DNA from: Oceanispirochaeta sp.
Lineage (GTDB): Bacteria; Spirochaetota; Spirochaetia; DSM-2461
Direction of reading: 5' to 3'
Length of the DNA: 64,000 bases
Assembly: GCA_963666275.2 (NCBI GenBank)
Contig: CAXXOA010000001.1
Location: 2,537,598-2,601,597, forward strand
The position numbers and the translations under genes were made by a program. The notes below the pieces were generated by a model. It worked only from the letters and a program-made list of their open reading frames with translations, searched no databases and was not told the origin of the DNA. Position 1 is the first letter of the stretch. Each line of letters opens with the position of its first letter. Positions 27,955 through 36,166 of the stretch are shown here, piece after piece.

Positions 27955-29481
27955 ATGGCGATTCCTCTTTTAAGAATCAACCATATCAGCAAATCATTTC
28001 CAGGAGTCAAAGCACTGGACAATGTTTCTTTCGATGTAGAAAAAGGAACCGTTCATGCGGTAATGGGTGAGAACGGAGCCGGAAAATCCACGTTAATGAA
28101 ATGCATATTCGGTCTGTATACGGCGGATGAAGGAAATATTCAGTTAAATGGTGACATATGCGATTTTGAAAGCACAAAAGATGCTCTGAACGGAGGTATA
28201 TCGATGATCCATCAGGAACTTCAGAATATACCTTCTCAAAATGTCATGGAAAACATCTGGATCGGCAGAATACCCTACAGGAAGAAATCCGGAGTTTTAC
28301 GATGGGTAGATGAAAATCAAATGTACAATAATACTTTAACGCTATTTAAAGACTTGCACCTTTCCATCAACCCTAAATCCATGGTGAAAGACCTGAATGT
28401 ATCCACCTGTCAGCTGCTGGAAATTGCCAGAGCCGTCTCATACAATGCGAAACTCATCATCATGGATGAACCCACCTCTTCATTAACAGACAAAGAAGCT
28501 GAAATCCTGTTTGCCATTATTGAAATGCTGATAAACAAAGGCGTTTCCATACTGTATATCTCCCATAAACTGGAAGAGGTCATGCAGATTTCCCAAAAAG
28601 TCACAGTCTTGAGAGACGGAAATCTGGTAGGTACATTTGAAACAGACAAGATAGATTCAGACTATCTGATAAAAAGTATGGTGGGCAGAGAAATCACCGA
28701 CAGATTTCCCGATAAATTCCCTCATCAGGAGATTGGAGATGTCAAACTGAAAGTATACCAGCTGGAGTCGGGAATACCGGGATCTTTTTCTGATATCAGT
28801 TTTGACCTCCATCGGGGAGAGATCCTCGGGATCGGGGGGCTGGTCGGAGCACAGAGAACAGAACTGATGGAAACAGTCTTCGGGTTACGTCCGCTGAAAT
28901 CAGGAAAAATCGAAATCGACGGAAAGCCTGTTGTAATTCAAAATCCCCAGGATGCGATTCTTCATAAAATAGGATTGTTGACGGAAGAGAGGGCTGCAAC
29001 AGGAATATTCGGAAAACTCTCAGTGACAGACAATTTCCTTGTAGTAAACCAGAGATACAATAAAAAACGATACATAAAACACGGCCTTTTCCTGAGCAAT
29101 TCCCAAAGGATCAAAGACAGCGGTGAATATTCCCGGAATCTCACCGTCAAAACTCCGACCCTGGAAACCCCCATCAGTTCCCTTTCCGGAGGAAACCAGC
29201 AGAAGGTTCTCCTGGGACGCTGGCTTATGATGGATCCGGAGATCTTGATTCTCGATGAACCGACAAGAGGTATCGACGTAGGCGCCAAGTATGAAATCTA
29301 TATGATCATGCGCCGGCTCACCTCTGAAGGCAAGTCCATAATCATGATCAGCAGCGAAATGCCCGAGCTCATGGGTATGTCTGACCGGATCATGGTCATG
29401 TGCGATGGTCAGCTGTCAGGCATTATTGAAGGCAAATCGGCAACAGATGAAAAAATCATGCAGCTCGCCAGTAATTATTAA
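27955..29481 (+). CDS. mglA: Sugar ABC transporter ATP-binding protein (MglA-like)
   Basis: GENGAGKST, tandem ABC domains, LSGGNQQK and DEPTRGID. Confidence 0.9.
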   Translation: MAIPLLRINHISKSFPGVKALDNVSFDVEKGTVHAVMGENGAGKSTLMKCIFGLYTADEGNIQLNGDICDFESTKDALNGGISMIHQELQNIPSQNVMENIWIGRIPYRKKSGVLRWVDENQMYNNTLTLFKDLHLSINPKSMVKDLNVSTCQLLEIARAVSYNAKLIIMDEPTSSLTDKEAEILFAIIEMLINKGVSILYISHKLEEVMQISQKVTVLRDGNLVGTFETDKIDSDYLIKSMVGREITDRFPDKFPHQEIGDVKLKVYQLESGIPGSFSDISFDLHRGEILGIGGLVGAQRTELMETVFGLRPLKSGKIEIDGKPVVIQNPQDAILHKIGLLTEERAATGIFGKLSVTDNFLVVNQRYNKKRYIKHGLFLSNSQRIKDSGEYSRNLTVKTPTLETPISSLSGGNQQKVLLGRWLMMDPEILILDEPTRGIDVGAKYEIYMIMRRLTSEGKSIIMISSEMPELMGMSDRIMVMCDGQLSGIIEGKSATDEKIMQLASNY

Positions 29482-29493
29482 TAGAGGAAGACA

Positions 29494-30513
29494 ATGGAAT
29501 TAACCGGTAAAATACAAATCAATAAGAATGGGATATCAAAGATTTTAATTGATAATATCCTTTATCTTGTGCTGTTAATTATGTTTGCAGTACTTATCAT
29601 CATATCACCATCGTTTCTGTCATGGATTGTGATCCGTGATATTCTGATGCAAAGTTCAACAAGATTGATAATTGCCTTGGGATGTATGTTCATCCTTATT
29701 GTGGGGGGGGCGGATCTCAGTGGAGGACGGGTTGTCGGATTTGCTGCTGTCATGGCAGGTTCATTAGCTCAGTCCAGTACTTTCTATAACAAATTCTATC
29801 CCAATCTGCCGGAACTGCCGGTTATCCTTCCGGTTCTGATCGCCGTGGGAATCGGTTTACTTTCCGGTTTTATAAACGGAAATATTGTGGCGAAACTGGA
29901 CGTCAACCCTTTTATAGCAACATTGGGAATAGCTTTGGTCGTTTATGGATTCAACTGTCTCTATTTCAATCTCCCGCCTAATAACTCACAACCCCTGGGA
30001 GGGTTCACAAAAGCATATTCTGCCCTGGGTGGCGGATCATCACTGGGAATTCCCAATATAATTCTTATTGCTGCGGCCTGTACGATACTTGTGTTTATCT
30101 TCCAAAGAAAAACTTGTCTCGGTAAAGAACTTTTTTCGGTCGGAGGGAATAAAGAAGCATCCAGAGTCTCCGGGATCAATGTCAATAAAATCCTGATATT
30201 AGCTTACTCTCTTGCGGGAGGCCTTTACGGACTCGGAGGAGTTCTCGAATCGGCAAGAACCGGAAGTGCAACGAGCACCTACGGTGCCGGTTATGAAATG
30301 GATGCCATAGCGTCCTGTGTCGTTGGAGGCTGTTCTCTCATGGGGGGAGTCGGCTCCGTCCCCGGGGTTGTCGTCGGAGTCCTTATCTTTAACGTTATCA
30401 GTTATGGACTGACTTTCATCGGCATCAGTTCTTACTGGCAGAATGTGTTCAAGGGTGTTATCATCATATGTGCCGTAGCACTTGATGTGAAAAAGAACAG
30501 GAAAAGTCATTAA
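29494..30513 (+). CDS. mglC: Sugar ABC transporter permease (MglC-like)
   Basis: GADLSGG, PFIATLG, GGNKEASRVSGI and YEMDAIA. Confidence 0.88.
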   Translation: MELTGKIQINKNGISKILIDNILYLVLLIMFAVLIIISPSFLSWIVIRDILMQSSTRLIIALGCMFILIVGGADLSGGRVVGFAAVMAGSLAQSSTFYNKFYPNLPELPVILPVLIAVGIGLLSGFINGNIVAKLDVNPFIATLGIALVVYGFNCLYFNLPPNNSQPLGGFTKAYSALGGGSSLGIPNIILIAAACTILVFIFQRKTCLGKELFSVGGNKEASRVSGINVNKILILAYSLAGGLYGLGGVLESARTGSATSTYGAGYEMDAIASCVVGGCSLMGGVGSVPGVVVGVLIFNVISYGLTFIGISSYWQNVFKGVIIICAVALDVKKNRKSH

Positions 30514-30546
30514 TCCTTTATGCCTGACCTGGTGAAGGTAACAAAT

Positions 30547-31509
30547 ATGAAACAGACAAATATCAAATTCATCCTTTATTGCCTTTGCCTTGTTTTGGCA
30601 TTTTTCCAGATATCCTGTAACGGTAAAAAAGAGATACCCCAATCGGTATCTGCCAGAAATGAAGAAAATCCTTTTGATCAGTACCGAGTGTCCTGTATTA
30701 TACCTCACAAAGATGACGGATCCTACTGGCTGGGAATTGTCAATGGCCTAATGAAAGGGGCTCAAGATTTTAATATCGACGTCAAGATGAGTTATCCCAG
30801 CCTGAACTATGACAATGATCAGATGATCGATCTTGTCAGAATGGCGACTTCCGCCAGAGTAGATGCCATCGTCATCCCGGGCTCCGAATCTGAGGGGTAT
30901 CAGGATATTCTGCAAACAGCACAGGACAGGGGAATTCCGATTGTTCTGGTCGATACGGATATGGAGACTTTCAAACCCCCTTTGTATGTCGGGAGCGATA
31001 ATTTTCATGCCGGTGAAATAATCGGAGAAAAACTCTCCTCCTACTCAGATCAGAAAGCTGTCATCGGCGTGATCAGCGGTGGAAAAGAGTTTTATAATCT
31101 GGAACAGCGGCTAGAGGGTCTGAAATCAGCGATCAGCCGGTATCCTCAGATGCGAATTAAAACAGTGGATTACGATCGTTTTGACTACCTTCTGATCCAG
31201 AACTCCTATCGGAAATACATTCAGGATCAGGAAATTGATACCATCATATGCCTTGAGGGAACGGGTGCAATGGCTATAAGCGCCCTGATTGATAAAAAAC
31301 CTCCCGTAAATATCATAGCTTTTGACGATTCCAAAGAAGGTCTGGAAGCAATTAAAACGGGCCTTTTTGACGGCCTTGTCGTTCAGGATAATTATTATAT
31401 GGGATATTGTGCCATAATTGAACTGGATAATCTGAGGAGAACAGGAGAGTTCTCATCAGACAAAGTCATTACAGCTCTGAGGTATCTGGATGCCGGTCCG
31501 AAAGAGTAA
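30547..31509 (+). CDS. Periplasmic sugar-binding lipoprotein associated with the sensor kinase
   Basis: QIS-C lipobox, YW...G, IPIVLVDTD, YVGSDNFHAG and LVVQDNYYMG. Confidence 0.8.
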   Translation: MKQTNIKFILYCLCLVLAFFQISCNGKKEIPQSVSARNEENPFDQYRVSCIIPHKDDGSYWLGIVNGLMKGAQDFNIDVKMSYPSLNYDNDQMIDLVRMATSARVDAIVIPGSESEGYQDILQTAQDRGIPIVLVDTDMETFKPPLYVGSDNFHAGEIIGEKLSSYSDQKAVIGVISGGKEFYNLEQRLEGLKSAISRYPQMRIKTVDYDRFDYLLIQNSYRKYIQDQEIDTIICLEGTGAMAISALIDKKPPVNIIAFDDSKEGLEAIKTGLFDGLVVQDNYYMGYCAIIELDNLRRTGEFSSDKVITALRYLDAGPKE

Positions 31510-32989
31510 AAACTACATTTCCATGGTGAAAAAATCCCTTTTGAGCGTAGTCGTGATTCTGCTGATGGCCGGATCAATTGCTTTGTCCATGCACAATAAC
31601 AAACAGATATACAATCAGTTTTACACCATGATCGACTCCCAGATTGATATAATTGATTTTTCCATAAAGCTGGAATCTATAAATAACCGATTGTCTTTAG
31701 GATACATGTATCAGAGATTCGATCAGCTGGAAGGGATTTCCGAATCGATCGAAGAAGCCAGACAGTTCAATGAACTGCTGAAAATGGGAACCATTGAAGC
31801 CTCCCGATCGGTCGTTGACTACTACAATATGGTTGAAACCTATCTGGATGAGTGCAGTCAACTCGCAGTATTGATAGATCAGACGAAAAATGAAATCAGG
31901 CAAATCGGAATCTATCCACAATCCGAAGCTCTCCTGACGCAGTTTGAAACCGTCCAGTACATAATTTCCTATATTAATATCAGTTTCAAATCGGTTTTCT
32001 CTGAAGAAGTGACCAGAATCCGCTCGATAGAAGTGGAAATATCTCATCAGCATAAAAGGATCTATACAGTAATCATCCTTCTGCTGGCTCTGGCCAGCCT
32101 GATTTCTTTCTTCTATGTCAAATCCATTTTTAAAACGGCCATGCAGCTGAAGACCATGACAGGTTTCGCCAGTCAAATCAGAAACAACCCCTATTCCAAG
32201 GAAGAGATAGAGATACAATCCAATGATGAACTGGCCCTGTTTGCCCTGGCTTTTGACGAGATGATTAGAACGATTCAAAAGCAGATGGTGGAAATAGAAG
32301 ACAATGCACAGATCAGGGAGCGGCTGAAAAATGCCGAGATTGAACGACTTGAAATGAACGGAGCCCTCCAGACAAGCCACCTGCAGCTCCTCCAGTCCCG
32401 GATCAATCCCCACTTTCTGTTCAATACCCTTAATATGATAAAATCCACGGCAGCATCCGAAGGAGCCACGGCTTCATACGATTTAATTGAGACCACATCC
32501 GCCCTGCTCCATTACAATTTAACAAAGCTCTCAACTCCCGTTCTTGTATCTGAAGAAATTGAGAGTGTAAGAAACTATATCTCTTTACAGGAAAAGCGTT
32601 TCGGTAACCGGATTTCCTACATTCTGAATATCGATTCAATAAACATTGAACAGTTTATCCCTGCGATAATTCTGCAGCCCCTTGTAGAAAATGCCATCAC
32701 CCACGGACTGAAAGACGTCTCCAGGGGGGGAAAAATCATCATATCCGTCAAAATGGAAGAAAATCGCCTTATTCTTATCATCATTGACAACGGAGAAGGA
32801 TTTGATGATAAAAAAAAGCAGCAGATTCTCAGGGAATGTCAAAGTAAAAATATAATCTCTCACATAGGATTACGAAATGTGTACCAGAGACTCTTTTACT
32901 TCTTTCAGGGAGATATAGATATTATTCTTGAAAGCAATCAGGAAGAGACCAGGATTGGTTTCTCTCTTCCTGTAAAGGGATCACTATGA
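31490..32989 (+). CDS. YesM/LytS-type sensor histidine kinase
   Basis: Two TM segments, HAMP, LQSRINPHFLFNTLN, LQPLVENAITHG and DNGEG. Confidence 0.92.
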   Translation: MPVRKSKNYISMVKKSLLSVVVILLMAGSIALSMHNNKQIYNQFYTMIDSQIDIIDFSIKLESINNRLSLGYMYQRFDQLEGISESIEEARQFNELLKMGTIEASRSVVDYYNMVETYLDECSQLAVLIDQTKNEIRQIGIYPQSEALLTQFETVQYIISYINISFKSVFSEEVTRIRSIEVEISHQHKRIYTVIILLLALASLISFFYVKSIFKTAMQLKTMTGFASQIRNNPYSKEEIEIQSNDELALFALAFDEMIRTIQKQMVEIEDNAQIRERLKNAEIERLEMNGALQTSHLQLLQSRINPHFLFNTLNMIKSTAASEGATASYDLIETTSALLHYNLTKLSTPVLVSEEIESVRNYISLQEKRFGNRISYILNIDSINIEQFIPAIILQPLVENAITHGLKDVSRGGKIIISVKMEENRLILIIIDNGEGFDDKKKQQILRECQSKNIISHIGLRNVYQRLFYFFQGDIDIILESNQEETRIGFSLPVKGSL

Positions 32990-34524
32990 TAACACTGGTG
33001 ACCGCAGATGATGAAGAAATTGCCAGAAAATCCCTGGATTTTCTGATCATGACAGAACTGACTGAAGCAAATCTTGTTGCTTCAGCCAGCAATGGAGCCG
33101 AACTCATCAGCATCGTGGAGCAATACCATCCGGATATTGCCATTGTTGATATAAATATGCCGGTCATAAACGGGATCGATGCGATTCAGTTCCTCCAGAA
33201 CAGAGGCTGTAAAACCAAGTTCATCCTGCATACAGCCTATGACGACTTTTCCTATGTGCAGCAGGCCATTGATCTGAAAGTCAGCGGATACCTTCTCAAG
33301 TCCGATAAAAGGCAGAAAACCATCGCTACTATCAAAAAGATAATGGAAGATGTAAATCTTTATCAAAATGAACAGGAGAATCTCAAACATTTAATGGATG
33401 TGGATCAACAGATGATTCCCATTATGGAAAATGAGATTCTCTACTCCATCTATCTGGATATGCCAGCTGTTGAAACTTTCAGAACCTACTGCCAACTGCA
33501 GAAACTCAATTTCTCCGGTATGTATATGGTTAATATCATACCGACGAAAGCCACCGAGACCATTTATTCCTCCCTCTTAACCAGAGATATTTTTCATAAG
33601 GCTGCCGTCACCGACATAATGGGCAGAGTCTGCCGGTTTATGCTAACCCTCTCCCTGTCCGGATGCAGCTTTATGGTATTAGTTCCAGAAGCTATGAAGG
33701 ATAATCCGAATGAATGGATTTTCACGGTACTCAGCGCGTTCAAAGAGAGCTGCAACGAAACCTTCTGTATTGATTTCATCATAGGTGTCAGTCAATTCTG
33801 TCGGGATTTTCACAACATAGGAAAAGCCTATAAGCAGTGTATCGGGGTGCTGCAGAAAACAGCAGACAGCGGAATATTCCTGCACTCCTCAGAACCGGAG
33901 TCCTTTGAAAATACCACGGAATCCGTTATTGCCAGTGAGCTGCTCCACGGATTGAAACGGGGAATTGAAGCTGAAATGATGCAGGTGGCACATAAATACG
34001 GCAGCCGGGAGGGAGAACTTTCCAATGACCGGATCTTTAATGAAATATGCCGAGGTGCCAAAGACTGCCCGGAGATCTCAAGCGGCCTCTGCATCAGTAT
34101 AATGAAAAACAGAGGCCGGATAAAACATACGGAAGGCATCCGGGAGCTGGTTCAGATTTTTATTGATATTCTGGAGCAGTTTAACGGATGTCGGGCCGGT
34201 TCACACAATCCCTATGCGGTCAAAGCATACGACTATATCAAGACCCATGCCTATCAGGAAATTTCCCTGAATATTGTAGCCGATGTAATAGGCATAAGTC
34301 CTTTTTATCTGAGCCGTCTGATAAAACAGGAGTTCGATGTCACATTTATCAATCTTCTGATGGAATTTCGTATGGCAAAGGCAATTGAACTGGTGAAAAA
34401 TACCCGCTCCCAGGTGAATGAAATAGCCAGGGCGACAGGATATGCGAATACGGCCTATTTCTGCAAAGTTTTCAAACGGTTTACAGGAAAATCCATTAGC
34501 GAATACAGACAGGAAATACTTTAA
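32986..34524 (+). CDS. YesN-type response regulator (REC + AraC HTH)
   Basis: ADDE, DINMP and C-terminal YLSRL...GYANTAYFCKVFKRFTG. Confidence 0.92.
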   Translation: MITLVTADDEEIARKSLDFLIMTELTEANLVASASNGAELISIVEQYHPDIAIVDINMPVINGIDAIQFLQNRGCKTKFILHTAYDDFSYVQQAIDLKVSGYLLKSDKRQKTIATIKKIMEDVNLYQNEQENLKHLMDVDQQMIPIMENEILYSIYLDMPAVETFRTYCQLQKLNFSGMYMVNIIPTKATETIYSSLLTRDIFHKAAVTDIMGRVCRFMLTLSLSGCSFMVLVPEAMKDNPNEWIFTVLSAFKESCNETFCIDFIIGVSQFCRDFHNIGKAYKQCIGVLQKTADSGIFLHSSEPESFENTTESVIASELLHGLKRGIEAEMMQVAHKYGSREGELSNDRIFNEICRGAKDCPEISSGLCISIMKNRGRIKHTEGIRELVQIFIDILEQFNGCRAGSHNPYAVKAYDYIKTHAYQEISLNIVADVIGISPFYLSRLIKQEFDVTFINLLMEFRMAKAIELVKNTRSQVNEIARATGYANTAYFCKVFKRFTGKSISEYRQEIL

Positions 34525-34539
34525 AAAAACTGAGGATAA

Positions 34540-35598
34540 ATGATGCTTGACTATAATGAATGCCTGATTGAGTTGAAAAAAGAAGTTGTAAAAACGGAGC
34601 AAGACGGCTTAAGCATTGTTATCAAGCCTGTGCCTGAAACGGAAAAGGAGGGAGCCCTGGATCCCAGGCAGGTCCTCTGGTCGGAAAAATGCAGAAAAAG
34701 TTTTCCTGTATCAATCAAAGACAACTGTAAGGCGACAATCGATGAGATTATTTCGCTGCGTCAGTCCATGGGTTGCAAAAATCAGGACCTCAGCAGCAGT
34801 ATAACAGCAACAGAGGCAGTTTTTGACGGCGTGAAAGTTGAGATCTATCAGGCGAAGGATCTGCCTCCCAATAGTCCTGTAGCCGTTTATATCCACGGAG
34901 GTGGATTCATCGGGGGAACGGTGGCAGTTGTTCGCAATAGCTGCAAACTTCTGGCAGAACGGTCTGCTTGCAAAGTGATCAGTATTGATTATTCCTTAGC
35001 TCCCGAGCATCCTTTTCCCGAGGGATTGAACGAATGTTACAGAGTCATTGAATACATTTTCCAGAATCATAAAGCCTTGGGTATGGATAGTACACGCCTG
35101 GTTGTTCTGGGAGACAGTGCTGGTGCCAATCTGGCTGCAGCCTGCTGTCTGAAAGACACGCAGAGAAGGATTCGGCTGCAGGTTCTTCTCTATCCACTAA
35201 TGGATGTGAATCCTGATCAGCCGGATTGGTCTGATAAGAATTACGTAATTCAAGAGAATCCTGAAATGGCAAAGTATATGATCTACGAACTTCAGGAGCT
35301 CATTAAAGTCAGCTCATACTCCTATATCAACAATCAAGATGACTTTTTGGCCCCCCTTGCCTCTCCTTCCAGGAGTGTGGATCCTTCCGTATTTCCAACA
35401 ACGTTGATTGTATCTCCCGAATATGATTATCTGAGAAGCCAGGCGGAGGATTTTGCCCGTCAGCTTTCCGAAAACGGTGTGGATGCAGTTCTTTTCCGAT
35501 ACAAAGGGATGGCCCACGCTTTTTTTGAACATCCCGGAGAGTTCCCTCAAGCGGAAGATTGTATAAATGAGATTGCAGCAGCGATCATGGCTATATAA
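34540..35598 (+). CDS. HSL-family (Abhydrolase_3) esterase
   Basis: HGGG, YSLAPEHPFP, GDSAG, D.L and HAF. Confidence 0.92.
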   Translation: MMLDYNECLIELKKEVVKTEQDGLSIVIKPVPETEKEGALDPRQVLWSEKCRKSFPVSIKDNCKATIDEIISLRQSMGCKNQDLSSSITATEAVFDGVKVEIYQAKDLPPNSPVAVYIHGGGFIGGTVAVVRNSCKLLAERSACKVISIDYSLAPEHPFPEGLNECYRVIEYIFQNHKALGMDSTRLVVLGDSAGANLAAACCLKDTQRRIRLQVLLYPLMDVNPDQPDWSDKNYVIQENPEMAKYMIYELQELIKVSSYSYINNQDDFLAPLASPSRSVDPSVFPTTLIVSPEYDYLRSQAEDFARQLSENGVDAVLFRYKGMAHAFFEHPGEFPQAEDCINEIAAAIMAI

Positions 35599-35664
35599 AT
35601 TAAGCTAGAAACCCGGAGAAAGAATCCAGGAGTTCCCGGAAACAATAAAATGATAATACCGAAT

Positions 35665-35946
35665 GGTTCAAGTCCCTTCGCCGGGGACTGGTTATAAACA
35701 AAAAAAAAGCAACCCCGAAGGATTGCTTTAAATGTTAGTGGCGAAGGGACATTGCCTTTTCTACCCCGAACATCGTGTTCGAGGTAGAAAAGCCGCCTCC
35801 AGCTGCTGGCGACGGACGTTCTGTCCGTCTTACGCTCCAGGTATTCGCGCGCAGCTTCCGGGGTTCAAGTCCCTTCGCCGGGGACTGGTTATAAGCAAAA
35901 AAAAGCAACCCCGAAGGATTGCTTTAAATGTTAGTGGCGAAGGGAC
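35665..35946. repeat. Direct duplication (about 86 bp, period about 197 bp) of antisense tRNA fragment + terminator + tRNA 3' end
   Basis: 35665-35750 matches 35862-35946 apart from one substitution and A-run length. Confidence 0.92.
35897..35925 (-). terminator. Rho-independent terminator of the tRNA (second copy at about 35700-35729)
   Basis: Minus strand AAAGCAATCC-TTCG-GGGTTGCTTTTTTTT. Confidence 0.85.
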
Positions 35947-36004
35947 TTGAACCCCTGACCGACCGGATATGAGCCGATTGCTCTACCAACTGAGCTACGC
36001 CACC
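35932..36004 (-). tRNA. tRNA-Met (CAT), probably elongator
   Basis: GGTGGCGTAGCTCAGTTGGTAGAGCAATCGGCTCATATCCGGTCGGTCAGGGGTTCAAGTCCCTTCGCCACTA folds as a 73-nt cloverleaf with anticodon CAT. It lacks the initiator C1:A72 mismatch, and no CCA is encoded. Confidence 0.93.
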
Positions 36005-36020
36005 ATGCGATTGCCTGCGT

Positions 36021-36050
36021 AATATACCTTGAACCATAAAAAAGTGTCAA
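36021..36050 (-). promoter_or_regulatory. sigma70 promoter of the tRNA
   Basis: Minus strand TTGACA-18 bp-TATATT. Confidence 0.7.
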
Positions 36051-36087
36051 CAGGATTTCTGAAAAAAATCTTTTTTAAATAATCTCT

Positions 36088-36127
36088 CCCCTCTCCTCCT
36101 GGGAGAGGGGCCGGGGGAGAGGGTTGG
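36088..36127. repeat. REP-like element (same family as 24744-24783)
   Basis: CCCCTCTCCTCCTGGGAGAGGGGCCGGGGGAGAGGGTTGG. Confidence 0.85.
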
Positions 36128-36166
36128 TTCAGGACAGGATTCTCCTATTAAATAGAGAAAAACTCC

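Noticed and set aside
26847..31509. Sugar-binding proteins as AI-2 receptors linked to luxS
   Set aside because: The first protein has MglB hallmarks, no lsrK/lsrF-like genes are adjacent, and luxS is more than 30 kb away.
11700..35950. Intact integrative element or prophage at tRNA-Met
   Set aside because: No integrase, conjugation or phage genes were seen, and I did not find a distal att copy of the tRNA 3' end by eye.
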